Virus record (IMG/VR): IMGVR_UViG_3300025000_000001
Source of the DNA: an uncultured virus (IMG/VR IMGVR_UViG_3300025000_000001)
Taxonomy: Duplodnaviria > Heunggongvirae > Uroviricota > Caudoviricetes
Reading direction: 5' to 3' (one strand)
DNA: 64,000 nucleotides
Positions 39,672-49,198 of this stretch are shown one piece after another. The position numbers and the translations under genes are program-made. Numbering within the stretch: position 1 is the stretch's first letter; the number at the start of each line of letters is the position of its first letter. The notes under the pieces are model-generated. The model was not told where the DNA came from. It searched no databases and worked only from the letters and a program-made list of their open reading frames with translations.

Positions 39672-40958
39672 ATGGCTTACACATATTTAAAAGCCCAAAT
39701 GCCTATGATTGGTAAAAGCCAAAAAGACAAATATGTTGATCTTTTTCAGGAAACTCTAAATCGCCAGTTTACAAATGCTTCAGACGTTTGGACTATCCAA
39801 GAAGAATTGCCCTATGCCGGTGATGTTTGGTATGAATCTGAAGTTAGAGTTATAACCCACGTTATTAACAACGAAACGGGCGATAAACTGGGTGATGATT
39901 ACCGAAAGATAATGTTTAAAGACATTGATCACGCTACTGGCCCAGGGTATATGTATTACTTTGATGAAAACTATTGGGTGGTAATCAATGCAGACATTCA
40001 CAAAAACTTGGCTGCTTCCTGCGTGGTAAAACGCTGCAATAACGTTCTACGATGGACTGATCCAGATGGGGGTTATTTTGAAGTTCCCTGTTCGATTGAT
40101 TATCTGATCAAAGAAAATCGTGACTTCGCTACTGCTGGTACTGCTTTAGTGGCTCCTGCTGCTCAGTTGGAAGTTCTCTGTCAGTGGAACACAAAATCCA
40201 ATAGAGTTAGACCAAATCAAAGGTTTTTGTTTGGTAACGCCAATAACTGGAATGCTTTTAGAGTCTTAGGTGGTGGCGTAAACAACTATAACAACATGCA
40301 GACCGAAGATAATTTATCTGCCGGTCTTTTACGTTTAAGTATGATGGCAAACTACGTCAATCCTGATACAGATGATCTAACCAATGGTATTGCAGACATT
40401 GTTCAATACACTTACGACATATCAGTAGAAGAAGACCCATTGACTATTCAAACAGGTTTAACCAGACAATTCCATGCTACAGTTACGGTAAATAATCAAG
40501 TTGCCCCTAGAACAATTATTTGGGCTAGCGACGATGAAGATGTTGCCACAGTTAGCAGCACAGGATTGTTGACTGCTGTTGCAGTTGGTACTTGTACCGT
40601 AAGAGCAACTCTTGAAAATAACACAGATGTCTATGAAGATATCACTGTTACTGTTCAATCGGCTCCAGTTGTTGAGTCTGAAATTTTGATTAATCCGAAC
40701 GTGAATTATGTTTTGGAAGGTAAAACTACAACCTTTACTGTTGGACTATACGAAAATGGTGTTTTACAAGCCGATGCTTTTGTGTTTACTCTTGATGCAA
40801 GAAGTATCCCGTATGATCACTATGTTTATACAACTTTGGGCAATGCTTTCACTGTTGAAAATGTGGAAAGATTCTTGACTGATTACTTAGAAGTAACTGG
40901 CACAACAACCGGGCCTTTAAGTAGAACGTTTAGAGTATATCTGAAAGGGATGTGGTGA
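39672..40958 (+). CDS. Head closure protein with Ig-like (Big_2) domain
   Basis: CNNVLRW; WASDDEDVATVSSTGLLTAV. Confidence 0.72.
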   Translation: MAYTYLKAQMPMIGKSQKDKYVDLFQETLNRQFTNASDVWTIQEELPYAGDVWYESEVRVITHVINNETGDKLGDDYRKIMFKDIDHATGPGYMYYFDENYWVVINADIHKNLAASCVVKRCNNVLRWTDPDGGYFEVPCSIDYLIKENRDFATAGTALVAPAAQLEVLCQWNTKSNRVRPNQRFLFGNANNWNAFRVLGGGVNNYNNMQTEDNLSAGLLRLSMMANYVNPDTDDLTNGIADIVQYTYDISVEEDPLTIQTGLTRQFHATVTVNNQVAPRTIIWASDDEDVATVSSTGLLTAVAVGTCTVRATLENNTDVYEDITVTVQSAPVVESEILINPNVNYVLEGKTTTFTVGLYENGVLQADAFVFTLDARSIPYDHYVYTTLGNAFTVENVERFLTDYLEVTGTTTGPLSRTFRVYLKGMW

Positions 40959-40963
40959 TATAG

Positions 40964-41518
40964 ATGACGCAAAACTTTAACTCTCCCGATTTTGCTTATA
41001 ATAAGTTTTATAGATTTGCGGATTTTTCTTATAACTGCATTGTAAAAATTTTAGAATCCGATGAATTAATTTGGAAACTTTTAAAAGATACAACCGCAGA
41101 TGCTTGGAATATTCCAAATCTTACCTATGAGGAAAAAACATCTTTAATTTATTCCGGTCAAGAAGATTCATCTCTCTATCGCGTTTTCATGGATACCAGA
41201 AATGATTCCGTGTTTACAAGAGAAGAGTGCATTTTGCGTATTTCTCCCTATAAAATTGTTCCAAGAAATAGAACTACTGGTTCGGTAATTATGGGGATGG
41301 AAACATATGCTCATTATAAGGTAAACACCCTTTCAAACTATAAGACTAGAATTGGGATGATCACTCAAAAGTTGATTGAGGTATTCAACGGAACGAACAT
41401 CGATGGGCTTGGTGTTTTATACTTTGACTATTTAAGAGATCAGGGCGACTTTACAACGCCTTCGGGTACAGTTCCGACACCGGGCTATATCACGTACTTC
41501 ACAACAAACGTAGGATGA
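40964..41518 (+). CDS. Tail completion/terminator protein
   Basis: Synteny; LIWKLLK. Confidence 0.6.
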   Translation: MTQNFNSPDFAYNKFYRFADFSYNCIVKILESDELIWKLLKDTTADAWNIPNLTYEEKTSLIYSGQEDSSLYRVFMDTRNDSVFTREECILRISPYKIVPRNRTTGSVIMGMETYAHYKVNTLSNYKTRIGMITQKLIEVFNGTNIDGLGVLYFDYLRDQGDFTTPSGTVPTPGYITYFTTNVG

Positions 41519-41521
41519 CAA

Positions 41522-42307
41522 ATGTCAAAATATGACAACTATTATATCTTTGACGATCCTGTTCCTTATCGTAATCTAAAACTATATCCAGTTAGAATGA
41601 GAGATTACCTTCTTTTTCATTACTTCGCCAATGTACTTGTTTTAGACAAAAACTCCATTCCTGATTTCAAAATCATTACAATGACTTATCTTGAATGGTT
41701 ATTTCATGAAACTGAAACAGATATGGAAAATAAGCCTTACATTTTATGGCTTGATCGTCTTTTAGAAATGGTATTAAAAGATGATGAAAGTTTTAGTGAC
41801 ATGAATAAAAGCGTACAACGCTATCGCAGAGATGAAAAAGGAAAACCATATATTCTGATTGGTGATCAGAAGTACGATTCTTCAGATTTTGAAGAAATAA
41901 AAATGATCATTGCTGAACAAAACGATCTTGATTTACCAGATGAGTCTATTCAAAAGGAACTTCGAGATAGCATTGAAGAAGCAAATCGTATTCGTCAAAG
42001 GTTAAACAAAACGAGAATTGCTCCCTTAGAAGAGCAAATAGTGGCCGTTAGTATTTATACTGGATGGCCGCTAGAACAAATTTATGATCTGACTATTCGT
42101 AAATACGGAATGGTAATACAAAGATCAGATCATTTATTGCATTATAAAATCTACCTGACAGCTTCTTTGTCAGGAATGGTTGAGTTTAAAGACAAATCAA
42201 TTATTAAACACTGGTTATCTGATTTAAAAAAAGATCGCTTTGGTGGTGCTTTGATTGAATCTGAAACTGTGAAAAATAAGATTAGTCTATCGGACAAACT
42301 AAAATAA
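41522..42307 (+). CDS. Tail-module protein
   Basis: LYPVRMRD, IYDLTIRK, IKHW; synteny. Confidence 0.6.
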   Translation: MSKYDNYYIFDDPVPYRNLKLYPVRMRDYLLFHYFANVLVLDKNSIPDFKIITMTYLEWLFHETETDMENKPYILWLDRLLEMVLKDDESFSDMNKSVQRYRRDEKGKPYILIGDQKYDSSDFEEIKMIIAEQNDLDLPDESIQKELRDSIEEANRIRQRLNKTRIAPLEEQIVAVSIYTGWPLEQIYDLTIRKYGMVIQRSDHLLHYKIYLTASLSGMVEFKDKSIIKHWLSDLKKDRFGGALIESETVKNKISLSDKLK

Positions 42308-42327
42308 ATCTTTAGGAGGTTTAAAAT

Positions 42328-43365
42328 ATGACAAAGAAATTTCTTGTCTCTGTAGCTAATGTTTTTGGCTACGATCAGGAGAACGGCGATTTGGTCTTTG
42401 TTGGTAAAACTCTATTGGATTCTTCGATTGAAACCGCTCTAAACGCGACTGATGTTCGTGGTGGGCGGGGCAATCAGCTTCAATATGTGTATTACAATGG
42501 GGCCGACATGACCATTGCGGTCAATGATGCTCAGTTCAACCTGGACTTCTTGGCTAAAAATGTTGGCTCTGCTGTTGCAACCAGCAATAACATCTGGACT
42601 GAGGAAACTGTTGTTTTGGACGCTGGTTCAGAGGGCGATGTTACTGGGACTCCGATTGCAACCCCATTTACTTCGGTTTATGGTTGGGTCGCTTTTGGTG
42701 ATGGAACCACTCAGAAAGTTACCTTCAGCGCCACAACTCACTTTGCCGTTTCCGGTCATGCCAGCGAAACCGTTTGTGTTCGTTATTATGCACTAGATGC
42801 GGCTTCCCGTAGTCTGACAATTCCTTCCAATATTATTCCGAGCATTGTTTACTTGGTCATGGAGGCTCAGTTGGCCTCCGCTGATGAAACTGCCAACGTT
42901 ATTGGTAAGGTTCAGATCATTGTCCCGAAGGCCACCATGACTGGGGCTTTTTCGATGAGCATGACCGCCGATGGTGTTGCCTCAACTCCGTTGAACGCTA
43001 GAGCTTTAGCCTACGAGGAAACCACAACTGGGGCTTGCACCAACGCTCCTTATCTTGCTAAGATTATCGAAATTTTGGATACCGCCAATTGGTATGATAA
43101 CGTGATCGCTCTGGCTATTTCCGGGGGAGACTTTGCTTTGACTCATCCCGACACCAGACTGTTGCAGGTTTGGGCGATTCCGTCTAGTGGAGCGGCTTTC
43201 CTTCCCCCAGTTGCAGACTTGACTTTCGCTTCGTCCACCGTTGGCGCTGCTACGGTTGACGCTGCGGGCCTTGTGACAACTGTTGCCGCTGGAACGACAA
43301 CGGTGAAGGCTTCAATTACTGCGGTGGCAACAATTGATGCCAACGTTATTGTAACCGTCAGTTAA
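42328..43365 (+). CDS. Major tail tube protein with C-terminal Ig domain
   Basis: KTLLDSSI, DVRGGRGN, DAQFNL; ATVDAAGLVT. Confidence 0.8.
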   Translation: MTKKFLVSVANVFGYDQENGDLVFVGKTLLDSSIETALNATDVRGGRGNQLQYVYYNGADMTIAVNDAQFNLDFLAKNVGSAVATSNNIWTEETVVLDAGSEGDVTGTPIATPFTSVYGWVAFGDGTTQKVTFSATTHFAVSGHASETVCVRYYALDAASRSLTIPSNIIPSIVYLVMEAQLASADETANVIGKVQIIVPKATMTGAFSMSMTADGVASTPLNARALAYEETTTGACTNAPYLAKIIEILDTANWYDNVIALAISGGDFALTHPDTRLLQVWAIPSSGAAFLPPVADLTFASSTVGAATVDAAGLVTTVAAGTTTVKASITAVATIDANVIVTVS

Positions 43366-43376
43366 GTTTTTTATTA

Positions 43377-43406
43377 TAGAGAGTACCTAGAAATAGGTAC
43401 TCTCTA
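43377..43406 (+). terminator. Hairpin after tail tube gene
   Basis: tagagagtaccta-gaaa-taggtactctcta. Confidence 0.7.
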
Positions 43407-43428
43407 CCTTTCAATAATTGGAGGTAAA

Positions 43429-44454
43429 ATGGCAAGAATATTTACCGATGGTGCTGAATTTGGAGATATGTTATTTTGGAATGGCGGAACGAGCGGAACA
43501 GCCGATGTTAGTTCTGTTGTCAAAAGAACCGGAAATTATTCATATACCTCCAACTCAAGCGGTGCAAACTCTGGCGAAATGGTTAGACTGTTAGATTCCG
43601 CTATCAGCGCCGGATACCTTCGTTTTGGCTTGAACATCGCTCCTGGTGGGGGCGAGAATACAATTTTGAAGTTTAGAAAAGGCTCAACGGTTATAGATTC
43701 CTTGAGATACGACGAATCTGTCAATCTATTGAAGGCATATCGGGGAGATGCTGCTAATCTTTTGGGAACCTCATCTATTCCTCTATTAGACAATACTTGG
43801 CATCTGATTGAAATTTATCTAAATATTCACGATACAACAGGTGTGTTTGATGTAAAAATCGATGGAACTGCCGCAATTACAGCAGAGAATGTTGACACTA
43901 AGCCGGGGGCAGACGCAGATTTTGATAACCTATCATTCTTAACTCCCGCTGGTTCTTTTGAATTTATGTATCTCGATGACCTTGCGTTAAACGATACGAC
44001 TGGAGGTTCCGACAATTCTTGGTGTAATGACGGCTATGTTATTGCGATTGACCCAGACGGAAACGGAGATGTTAGTCAACTCACAAACTCTAATGCCACA
44101 AGTGTTGATAATTATTCGTATGTAGATGAAACTCCTCCCGATGGGGATACGAGTTACGTTGAAGGAACAACTGCTGGTCATCAAGACTTATATACTATTG
44201 CTGATTATTCTGGAACGGGAAAGACAATTCGCAGAGTCTTTGTGGAATCTAGGGCAAAATCTACTGGCGCTGTTGGCGATCTTATGAAACTGATTTTAAA
44301 AACTGGCGGAACTGTTTATGCTTCTTCAGATATTTCTTTGGGAGCGGCTTACACCGCTGTAGTTGGCACAGACCACACAGTAAATCCAGCAACAGCAGTC
44401 GCTTGGGTTGAAGCCGATATTGATGCTCTGCAAATAGGTGAGGAAGTGGTATAA
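43429..44454 (+). CDS. Two-domain beta-sandwich (ConA/LamG-like) virion protein
   Basis: WHLIEI, YLDDLAL, P.GNGD, VDETPPDGDTSYV, NPAT..AW...DIDALQIG. Confidence 0.65.
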   Translation: MARIFTDGAEFGDMLFWNGGTSGTADVSSVVKRTGNYSYTSNSSGANSGEMVRLLDSAISAGYLRFGLNIAPGGGENTILKFRKGSTVIDSLRYDESVNLLKAYRGDAANLLGTSSIPLLDNTWHLIEIYLNIHDTTGVFDVKIDGTAAITAENVDTKPGADADFDNLSFLTPAGSFEFMYLDDLALNDTTGGSDNSWCNDGYVIAIDPDGNGDVSQLTNSNATSVDNYSYVDETPPDGDTSYVEGTTAGHQDLYTIADYSGTGKTIRRVFVESRAKSTGAVGDLMKLILKTGGTVYASSDISLGAAYTAVVGTDHTVNPATAVAWVEADIDALQIGEEVV

Positions 44455-45704
44455 TGGCTAGACGTTCTACTGCGACTAAGACAAATGTTGAATATTCGCA
44501 GTCTACGACTTATAGAAGATCAACGTCTACTAAAGCCGAAGTAGAATACACGAATACTCTCACCTATAGGAGATCGACTGCAACAAAATTGATGTTGGAA
44601 TATGAAATTCCACCAATTCCATATCCGAGAATAACATCTTCTAAATTAATAGTAGAATATTCATATCAACCATTTTCACCAATCAAACCCTATAAGAAAT
44701 TTTTGATTTCTGTCGCTGATGTTTACGCTTATGATTCTAGCGGAAATCTTGTCTTATCAGGGAAAACCATGATGGATACCGGAATTGAACTCTCTTTATC
44801 TGTTACCGATGTTTATGGTGATAGAGGCGCTCCAACAGAGTTTGTCTACTTCTCAGAACCAGATTTAACAATCACTATTGAAGATAGTCAATTTAATTTG
44901 GCTATGATATCTGCAACTACAGGAAAAGATATAGAAACTGGAAGTGACATTTATGAGGATGAGAGAGTTGTAATTGAGGCGGGCGGAATCGGTGAAGTTT
45001 CAAAAACACCCATTGCAAATGGTTATGCTTGGATAACTTTACCAAACGGAACCTTTGAAAGATCATTGTTTACTGGAAATCAATTTACTTCTACTGCAAC
45101 CGAAGGAAGTGTTGTTGACGTTTTATATCTAACAAACGTTTCAACGGCAGAAGTAATCACCATAGATGGTGAAATTGATCCTATGGAAGTTTATTTAGTT
45201 TTAGAGGCAACTTTAGCAATTGGAGATAGAACTTATAATGAATTTGGTAAAATTCAAGTAGAAATTCCAAAAGCAATTCTTTCTGGAAATTTTATTTTAA
45301 CTATGTCGCCAGATGGAGTTTCTAGTACAGACATAGAAGCTAGAGCCTTGTCTTATGATACATATGAATCCGGAGTTGGATACTATTCAATCTACGGAAC
45401 AATAAAAGAAACGATTCCGTTTAGAAATTGGTACGATGAAATTTCAGGAATATATATTGCCAACGGCGACTTTTCTCTTGCTTCAGGATCAACGAAACAA
45501 TTGGTTGTAAAAGCGATTCCAAATACTGGTGCGGCATTTAGTCCGCCAATTTCAGATATTGAATTTACCTCAGATAATCCACCTTCTGCTACGGTGAATT
45601 CGTCTGGTTTGGTAACTGGAATTTCTGTTGGGAATAGTGGCATAAGAGCAAGAGTTATAAACCGAAGAGAAATGACAGATGTGGTTGTAGCAACTATAAC
45701 ATAA
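44454..45704 (+). CDS. Tail tube paralogue with four N-terminal RxT/SxxKxxxEY repeats
   Basis: From residue 81 (KKFLISVADVYAYD) aligns end to end with 42328-43365. Confidence 0.85.
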   Translation: MARRSTATKTNVEYSQSTTYRRSTSTKAEVEYTNTLTYRRSTATKLMLEYEIPPIPYPRITSSKLIVEYSYQPFSPIKPYKKFLISVADVYAYDSSGNLVLSGKTMMDTGIELSLSVTDVYGDRGAPTEFVYFSEPDLTITIEDSQFNLAMISATTGKDIETGSDIYEDERVVIEAGGIGEVSKTPIANGYAWITLPNGTFERSLFTGNQFTSTATEGSVVDVLYLTNVSTAEVITIDGEIDPMEVYLVLEATLAIGDRTYNEFGKIQVEIPKAILSGNFILTMSPDGVSSTDIEARALSYDTYESGVGYYSIYGTIKETIPFRNWYDEISGIYIANGDFSLASGSTKQLVVKAIPNTGAAFSPPISDIEFTSDNPPSATVNSSGLVTGISVGNSGIRARVINRREMTDVVVATIT

Positions 45705-45716
45705 AAGGAGTCTTGT

Positions 45717-45977
45717 ATGCCTAGAAAAAAGAAATCAGAATTAGAGCCAATTGATGAACTTGTTGAGGATATTTTTTCAGATGAAACAGAAGAAGAATAT
45801 TCAGGCATGGTTGTCGAGATGGTTGTTGAAGAAAAAAAGCCTCAATCTAAAAGGACGGGCGTGGTTCACGCTGTCAGAGTAAATTCTATCTTCGTTAGAA
45901 ATGATGGTGGAACTTTGACTTGGATTCCAAGAGAAAAAGGCGTTGCTTATAAAGTTGGAGAAGTTATTCTTTACTAG
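45717..45977 (+). CDS. Hypothetical protein
   Basis: SD AAGGAG. Confidence 0.65.
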   Translation: MPRKKKSELEPIDELVEDIFSDETEEEYSGMVVEMVVEEKKPQSKRTGVVHAVRVNSIFVRNDGGTLTWIPREKGVAYKVGEVILY

Positions 45978-45984
45978 AGGAAAC

Positions 45985-46578
45985 ATGGAAAATATTGAGA
46001 AGGTAGTTCTTAAAAAGAAGTTAGAAAACAGAATCGTCATCATAGGTGGTCAATCAGTTATTATGAAGCCATATCTTAGTTATACTGAGCAAGGCGCTCT
46101 AATAACTAAATACCTGGAAACCTCTTTTGAAAATCACGCAATTGAAATTGAGGGAACATCGAGAGATTTTCTTGGCGCTGAATTAAATTTGATGATGAGT
46201 ATTGCCGACCTATGCACAAACATTGATGTAGACTCTTTAGAAGTTGATGATTTTGATGCTTATGATTTTTGGAGTTATATTGAAAAGAATGTCGAAAACT
46301 ATTATGACTTCAGAAGTCGGCTTTCGGATGCTGTTTCAGCGAAAGAAGAGGAGATTAGACTAGAAAAATCTATTGGTAATGTCATAGATAGTTTGTCTGC
46401 TAAACTATTTGACGCTTTAGATAAGTTTTCGGCATTATCTCCAGAAGATTTGGAAACAGTCACAACTCAAAGTCGATCTTTGTTAAAAGCTCTTGAGGAA
46501 TCTTCTTTGACTGCTGTCTTAGCAGATAAAGAAAAAGAAGAAAAGCCGAAACGCAAGCGGAGTACAAAGGCGGAATAA
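45985..46578 (+). CDS. Putative tail assembly chaperone
   Basis: Acidic helical protein between tail tube and tape measure; KPYLS motif. Confidence 0.55.
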   Translation: MENIEKVVLKKKLENRIVIIGGQSVIMKPYLSYTEQGALITKYLETSFENHAIEIEGTSRDFLGAELNLMMSIADLCTNIDVDSLEVDDFDAYDFWSYIEKNVENYYDFRSRLSDAVSAKEEEIRLEKSIGNVIDSLSAKLFDALDKFSALSPEDLETVTTQSRSLLKALEESSLTAVLADKEKEEKPKRKRSTKAE

Positions 46579-46865
46579 TGTCTCTTGGAAAATTGAAAAA
46601 AACGCTGTCTGAACGCTGCCCTGATTGTAAAAGCAATTTGACTTTGAGGACAGTTCAGGTTGAAGCAATCGAAGATGGCGAAGAAATTCTGCTAAATAAA
46701 GATGTGATTGTTTGTCCTAATTGCGGATACGAAAAGGAAGTTGAAGAAAAGCGAGTTCGGCGCAAGGAGGATGATTATGATGGCAACACTGATAAAAAAT
46801 TCTCAAATTCTAAGAGCGGTTTTAGAAACGGCGATAGAAGAGGTAATTCGAGAGGTTTCCGATAA
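46578..46865 (+). CDS. Zinc-ribbon protein
   Basis: CPDC...CPNCGY. Confidence 0.65.
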   Translation: MSLGKLKKTLSERCPDCKSNLTLRTVQVEAIEDGEEILLNKDVIVCPNCGYEKEVEEKRVRRKEDDYDGNTDKKFSNSKSGFRNGDRRGNSRGFR

Positions 46866-47325
46866 AGTCTCGAAGAGACTAAAAGAAAACATCAACGAAT
46901 ATACTTATTTTTTTGATTATTATCCGAACCAGATTTATTATAACGGAACCAGAACGGCGACTCATGAATTTAGGGATAAGGCATGGACTTGGACTGACAT
47001 TAGAAAGTCTAGCAATTCAATCAAACGAAAACTTTTTTATGATTGGAAACAATTGTCCAAGATGGGTTCCGGCGAAGATACATGGAAACATGGTAGCTTG
47101 ATTGAAGGTTGGGGTAGAGACGGTAGACAATATCTGGCAGAAAACCTAAACATTGAAGGCCATCGTTCTAGTTTAAGAGTTGGAAACAGATTTTTCGATA
47201 AAGAGCGCCGTGCATTCTGGGATATAACGATCAAAGAATTATTTGATGAAGGTCAACTTGAAAAATGGCTCATAGAAGGTTTTACGAAACGTGGGCTACA
47301 AGTATCTAAAGGTATAAAAAAATAA
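46777..47325 (+). CDS. Putative tail completion protein
   Basis: SD AAGGAGG at 46764-46770; RT.T.EF and R.AFW motifs. Confidence 0.55.
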   Translation: MMATLIKNSQILRAVLETAIEEVIREVSDKVSKRLKENINEYTYFFDYYPNQIYYNGTRTATHEFRDKAWTWTDIRKSSNSIKRKLFYDWKQLSKMGSGEDTWKHGSLIEGWGRDGRQYLAENLNIEGHRSSLRVGNRFFDKERRAFWDITIKELFDEGQLEKWLIEGFTKRGLQVSKGIKK

Positions 47326-47333
47326 GGAGAAAT

Positions 47334-47624
47334 ATGAACGAATTTTTTACTTGGCTCGTCTATGGTGGCGGGTCTATTATGGCCGTGAGTTTTATTCTTG
47401 AACGCTTTGAAAAGTATCAAGAACTATCTGCTGAAACTAAAAAGTGGGTATTCTTTATTTTTGCTGCTGTTTTGTCTTTGGGATCATATGCAATTGTGAC
47501 GTTTGTTCCATCCGAAGTTGTAGAAGCAATCAATCCGTTCTTTGCTATTATTTCCGGATTGTTTTATAACTTGTTTCTTGGCAAGAGTTTTCATGCTGCT
47601 GACAAGAAACCTTCTTCGCAATAA
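47334..47624 (+). CDS. Holin-like 3-TM protein
   Basis: Three hydrophobic segments, charged C-terminus. Confidence 0.65.
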   Translation: MNEFFTWLVYGGGSIMAVSFILERFEKYQELSAETKKWVFFIFAAVLSLGSYAIVTFVPSEVVEAINPFFAIISGLFYNLFLGKSFHAADKKPSSQ

Positions 47625-47646
47625 AGAATATAACAACAACAAATTC

Positions 47647-47682
47647 AAAATGAGACGGACTAACAATCCGTCTTATTTTTTT
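47647..47682 (+). terminator. Intrinsic terminator
   Basis: tgagacgga-ctaacaa-tccgtctta followed by T-run. Confidence 0.7.
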
Positions 47683-47701
47683 ATTATCTTGGAGAATAAC
47701 A

Positions 47702-48157
47702 ATGAGCATATGGGCATTTGATATTAGTATGTCAAATACTGGAATATGTATTTTCGATAATGATGCAAAGTTAATTCATGTAACCAGCATAGATACAAAG
47801 AGCGAAAAAGAACATCCGAAAAGATTAAAAATTATCGCTGATAAACTATTAGAATTACGAAAAACATACACTCCAGACCTTGTTTTATTTGAACAAGGAT
47901 TTTATAGATATCCAGGCAGTACAGAAGCAATTTACAAAGTTTTTGGTGTGGTTCAATATTTGTTTGCAGATATAAAACAGCTTTTTTACCCCCCAATGAC
48001 AGTCAAGAAAGCCGTTTTAGGGCGTGGAAATGCCCCCAAAGAGGCTGTCAGAGACGTTATTACGAGTTTTTATTCAAATATGACCTTTAACAACCTAGAC
48101 GAGACTGACGCGGCTGCTGTGGGCTTGTGTCATTTTCACAAAGAAGGAATTTTATAA
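47702..48157 (+). CDS. ruvC: Holliday junction resolvase, RuvC-like
   Basis: AFDISMSNTG, VLFEQ, VKKAV.G.GNA.K, DETDA. Confidence 0.88.
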   Translation: MSIWAFDISMSNTGICIFDNDAKLIHVTSIDTKSEKEHPKRLKIIADKLLELRKTYTPDLVLFEQGFYRYPGSTEAIYKVFGVVQYLFADIKQLFYPPMTVKKAVLGRGNAPKEAVRDVITSFYSNMTFNNLDETDAAAVGLCHFHKEGIL

Positions 48158-49173
48158 TGAGCGTTGAAAAAATTGAAGAAGTAAGTGATGAACAATGGAA
48201 TTTAGTCAATCCTAAAAATAGAAAAATGGCTGAAGAATTCTTACGAGAATCGGTTCAACTCAGTCCACAAACATTGAAGCAATATTCATCTGCTATTAAA
48301 ATTTATTTTCTGTGGGTAAAAGATAATCTTGAAGATAAGAATTTCTACGATATTAAGTCAAGAGATTTTTTGATGTATCAAAATTTCTTAGTTCGTAGAG
48401 GTTTATCTTCTGCTGCCATTAGATTGAAAAGAAGTGTGATTTCTAGTTTCAACGGATATATCGAATTATATTATCAAGAAGAATATCCGATGTTTAGAAA
48501 TTACATCAACAAAAAGATTGCTCCCCCACCTCCTGCTTTAGTTAGAACTAAGGAACCACCCAATCTCGCTGAGATTGAAATGATTTGTGAAGAATTAGAA
48601 AAGCAAGAAAGATGGCAGTTGATCGCATATCTTAGATTTAGTTTTTCGACTGGTGCTAGAAGAAATGAAGTAAGACAACTTTTGAAAGAAGTTGTTCATT
48701 ACGAGCCGAAAGTTTCTATCGTAGAAGTCAAGTCAGAAAACGGAATAATCGAAAAGAAAGAATCTCGATCTTACATCACTCATATTATTCGTTGTAAAGG
48801 TAGAGGAATCGAAGGAAAGAAACGAACTTTGCAGTTTGATGAGAAAACCATGAAGGCGATCAAAAAGTGGTTAGAGATTAGGGGTGAAGATGATTGCCCT
48901 TATGTTTTTGTGATTAGAAGCATTGAAGGAAACTGGCATCAGGTAGCAGAATCTACTTTCAATATCTGGAGTGAAAAATTTATCACCCCAATTCTGGGAA
49001 GAAGATTTCACCCCCATGCTATTAGAGAAGCAAGAGCTACTAGTTTAGTAATTGAACAAGGTAAAGATATTAAGGTTGCTCAAAAACTTCTCGGACATGA
49101 AAGCAGTACAACTACTGAGATTTATGTTATCAATAAGGAAAAAGATGATTCGGATGAGGCATTTTTAGATTAG
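48157..49173 (+). CDS. Tyrosine recombinase
   Basis: STGARRNE, CKG, HPHAIR, LGHES..TT.IY. Confidence 0.92.
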   Translation: MSVEKIEEVSDEQWNLVNPKNRKMAEEFLRESVQLSPQTLKQYSSAIKIYFLWVKDNLEDKNFYDIKSRDFLMYQNFLVRRGLSSAAIRLKRSVISSFNGYIELYYQEEYPMFRNYINKKIAPPPPALVRTKEPPNLAEIEMICEELEKQERWQLIAYLRFSFSTGARRNEVRQLLKEVVHYEPKVSIVEVKSENGIIEKKESRSYITHIIRCKGRGIEGKKRTLQFDEKTMKAIKKWLEIRGEDDCPYVFVIRSIEGNWHQVAESTFNIWSEKFITPILGRRFHPHAIREARATSLVIEQGKDIKVAQKLLGHESSTTTEIYVINKEKDDSDEAFLD

Positions 49174-49198
49174 TGCCTCTAATTGAAAGGAGGTGCTA

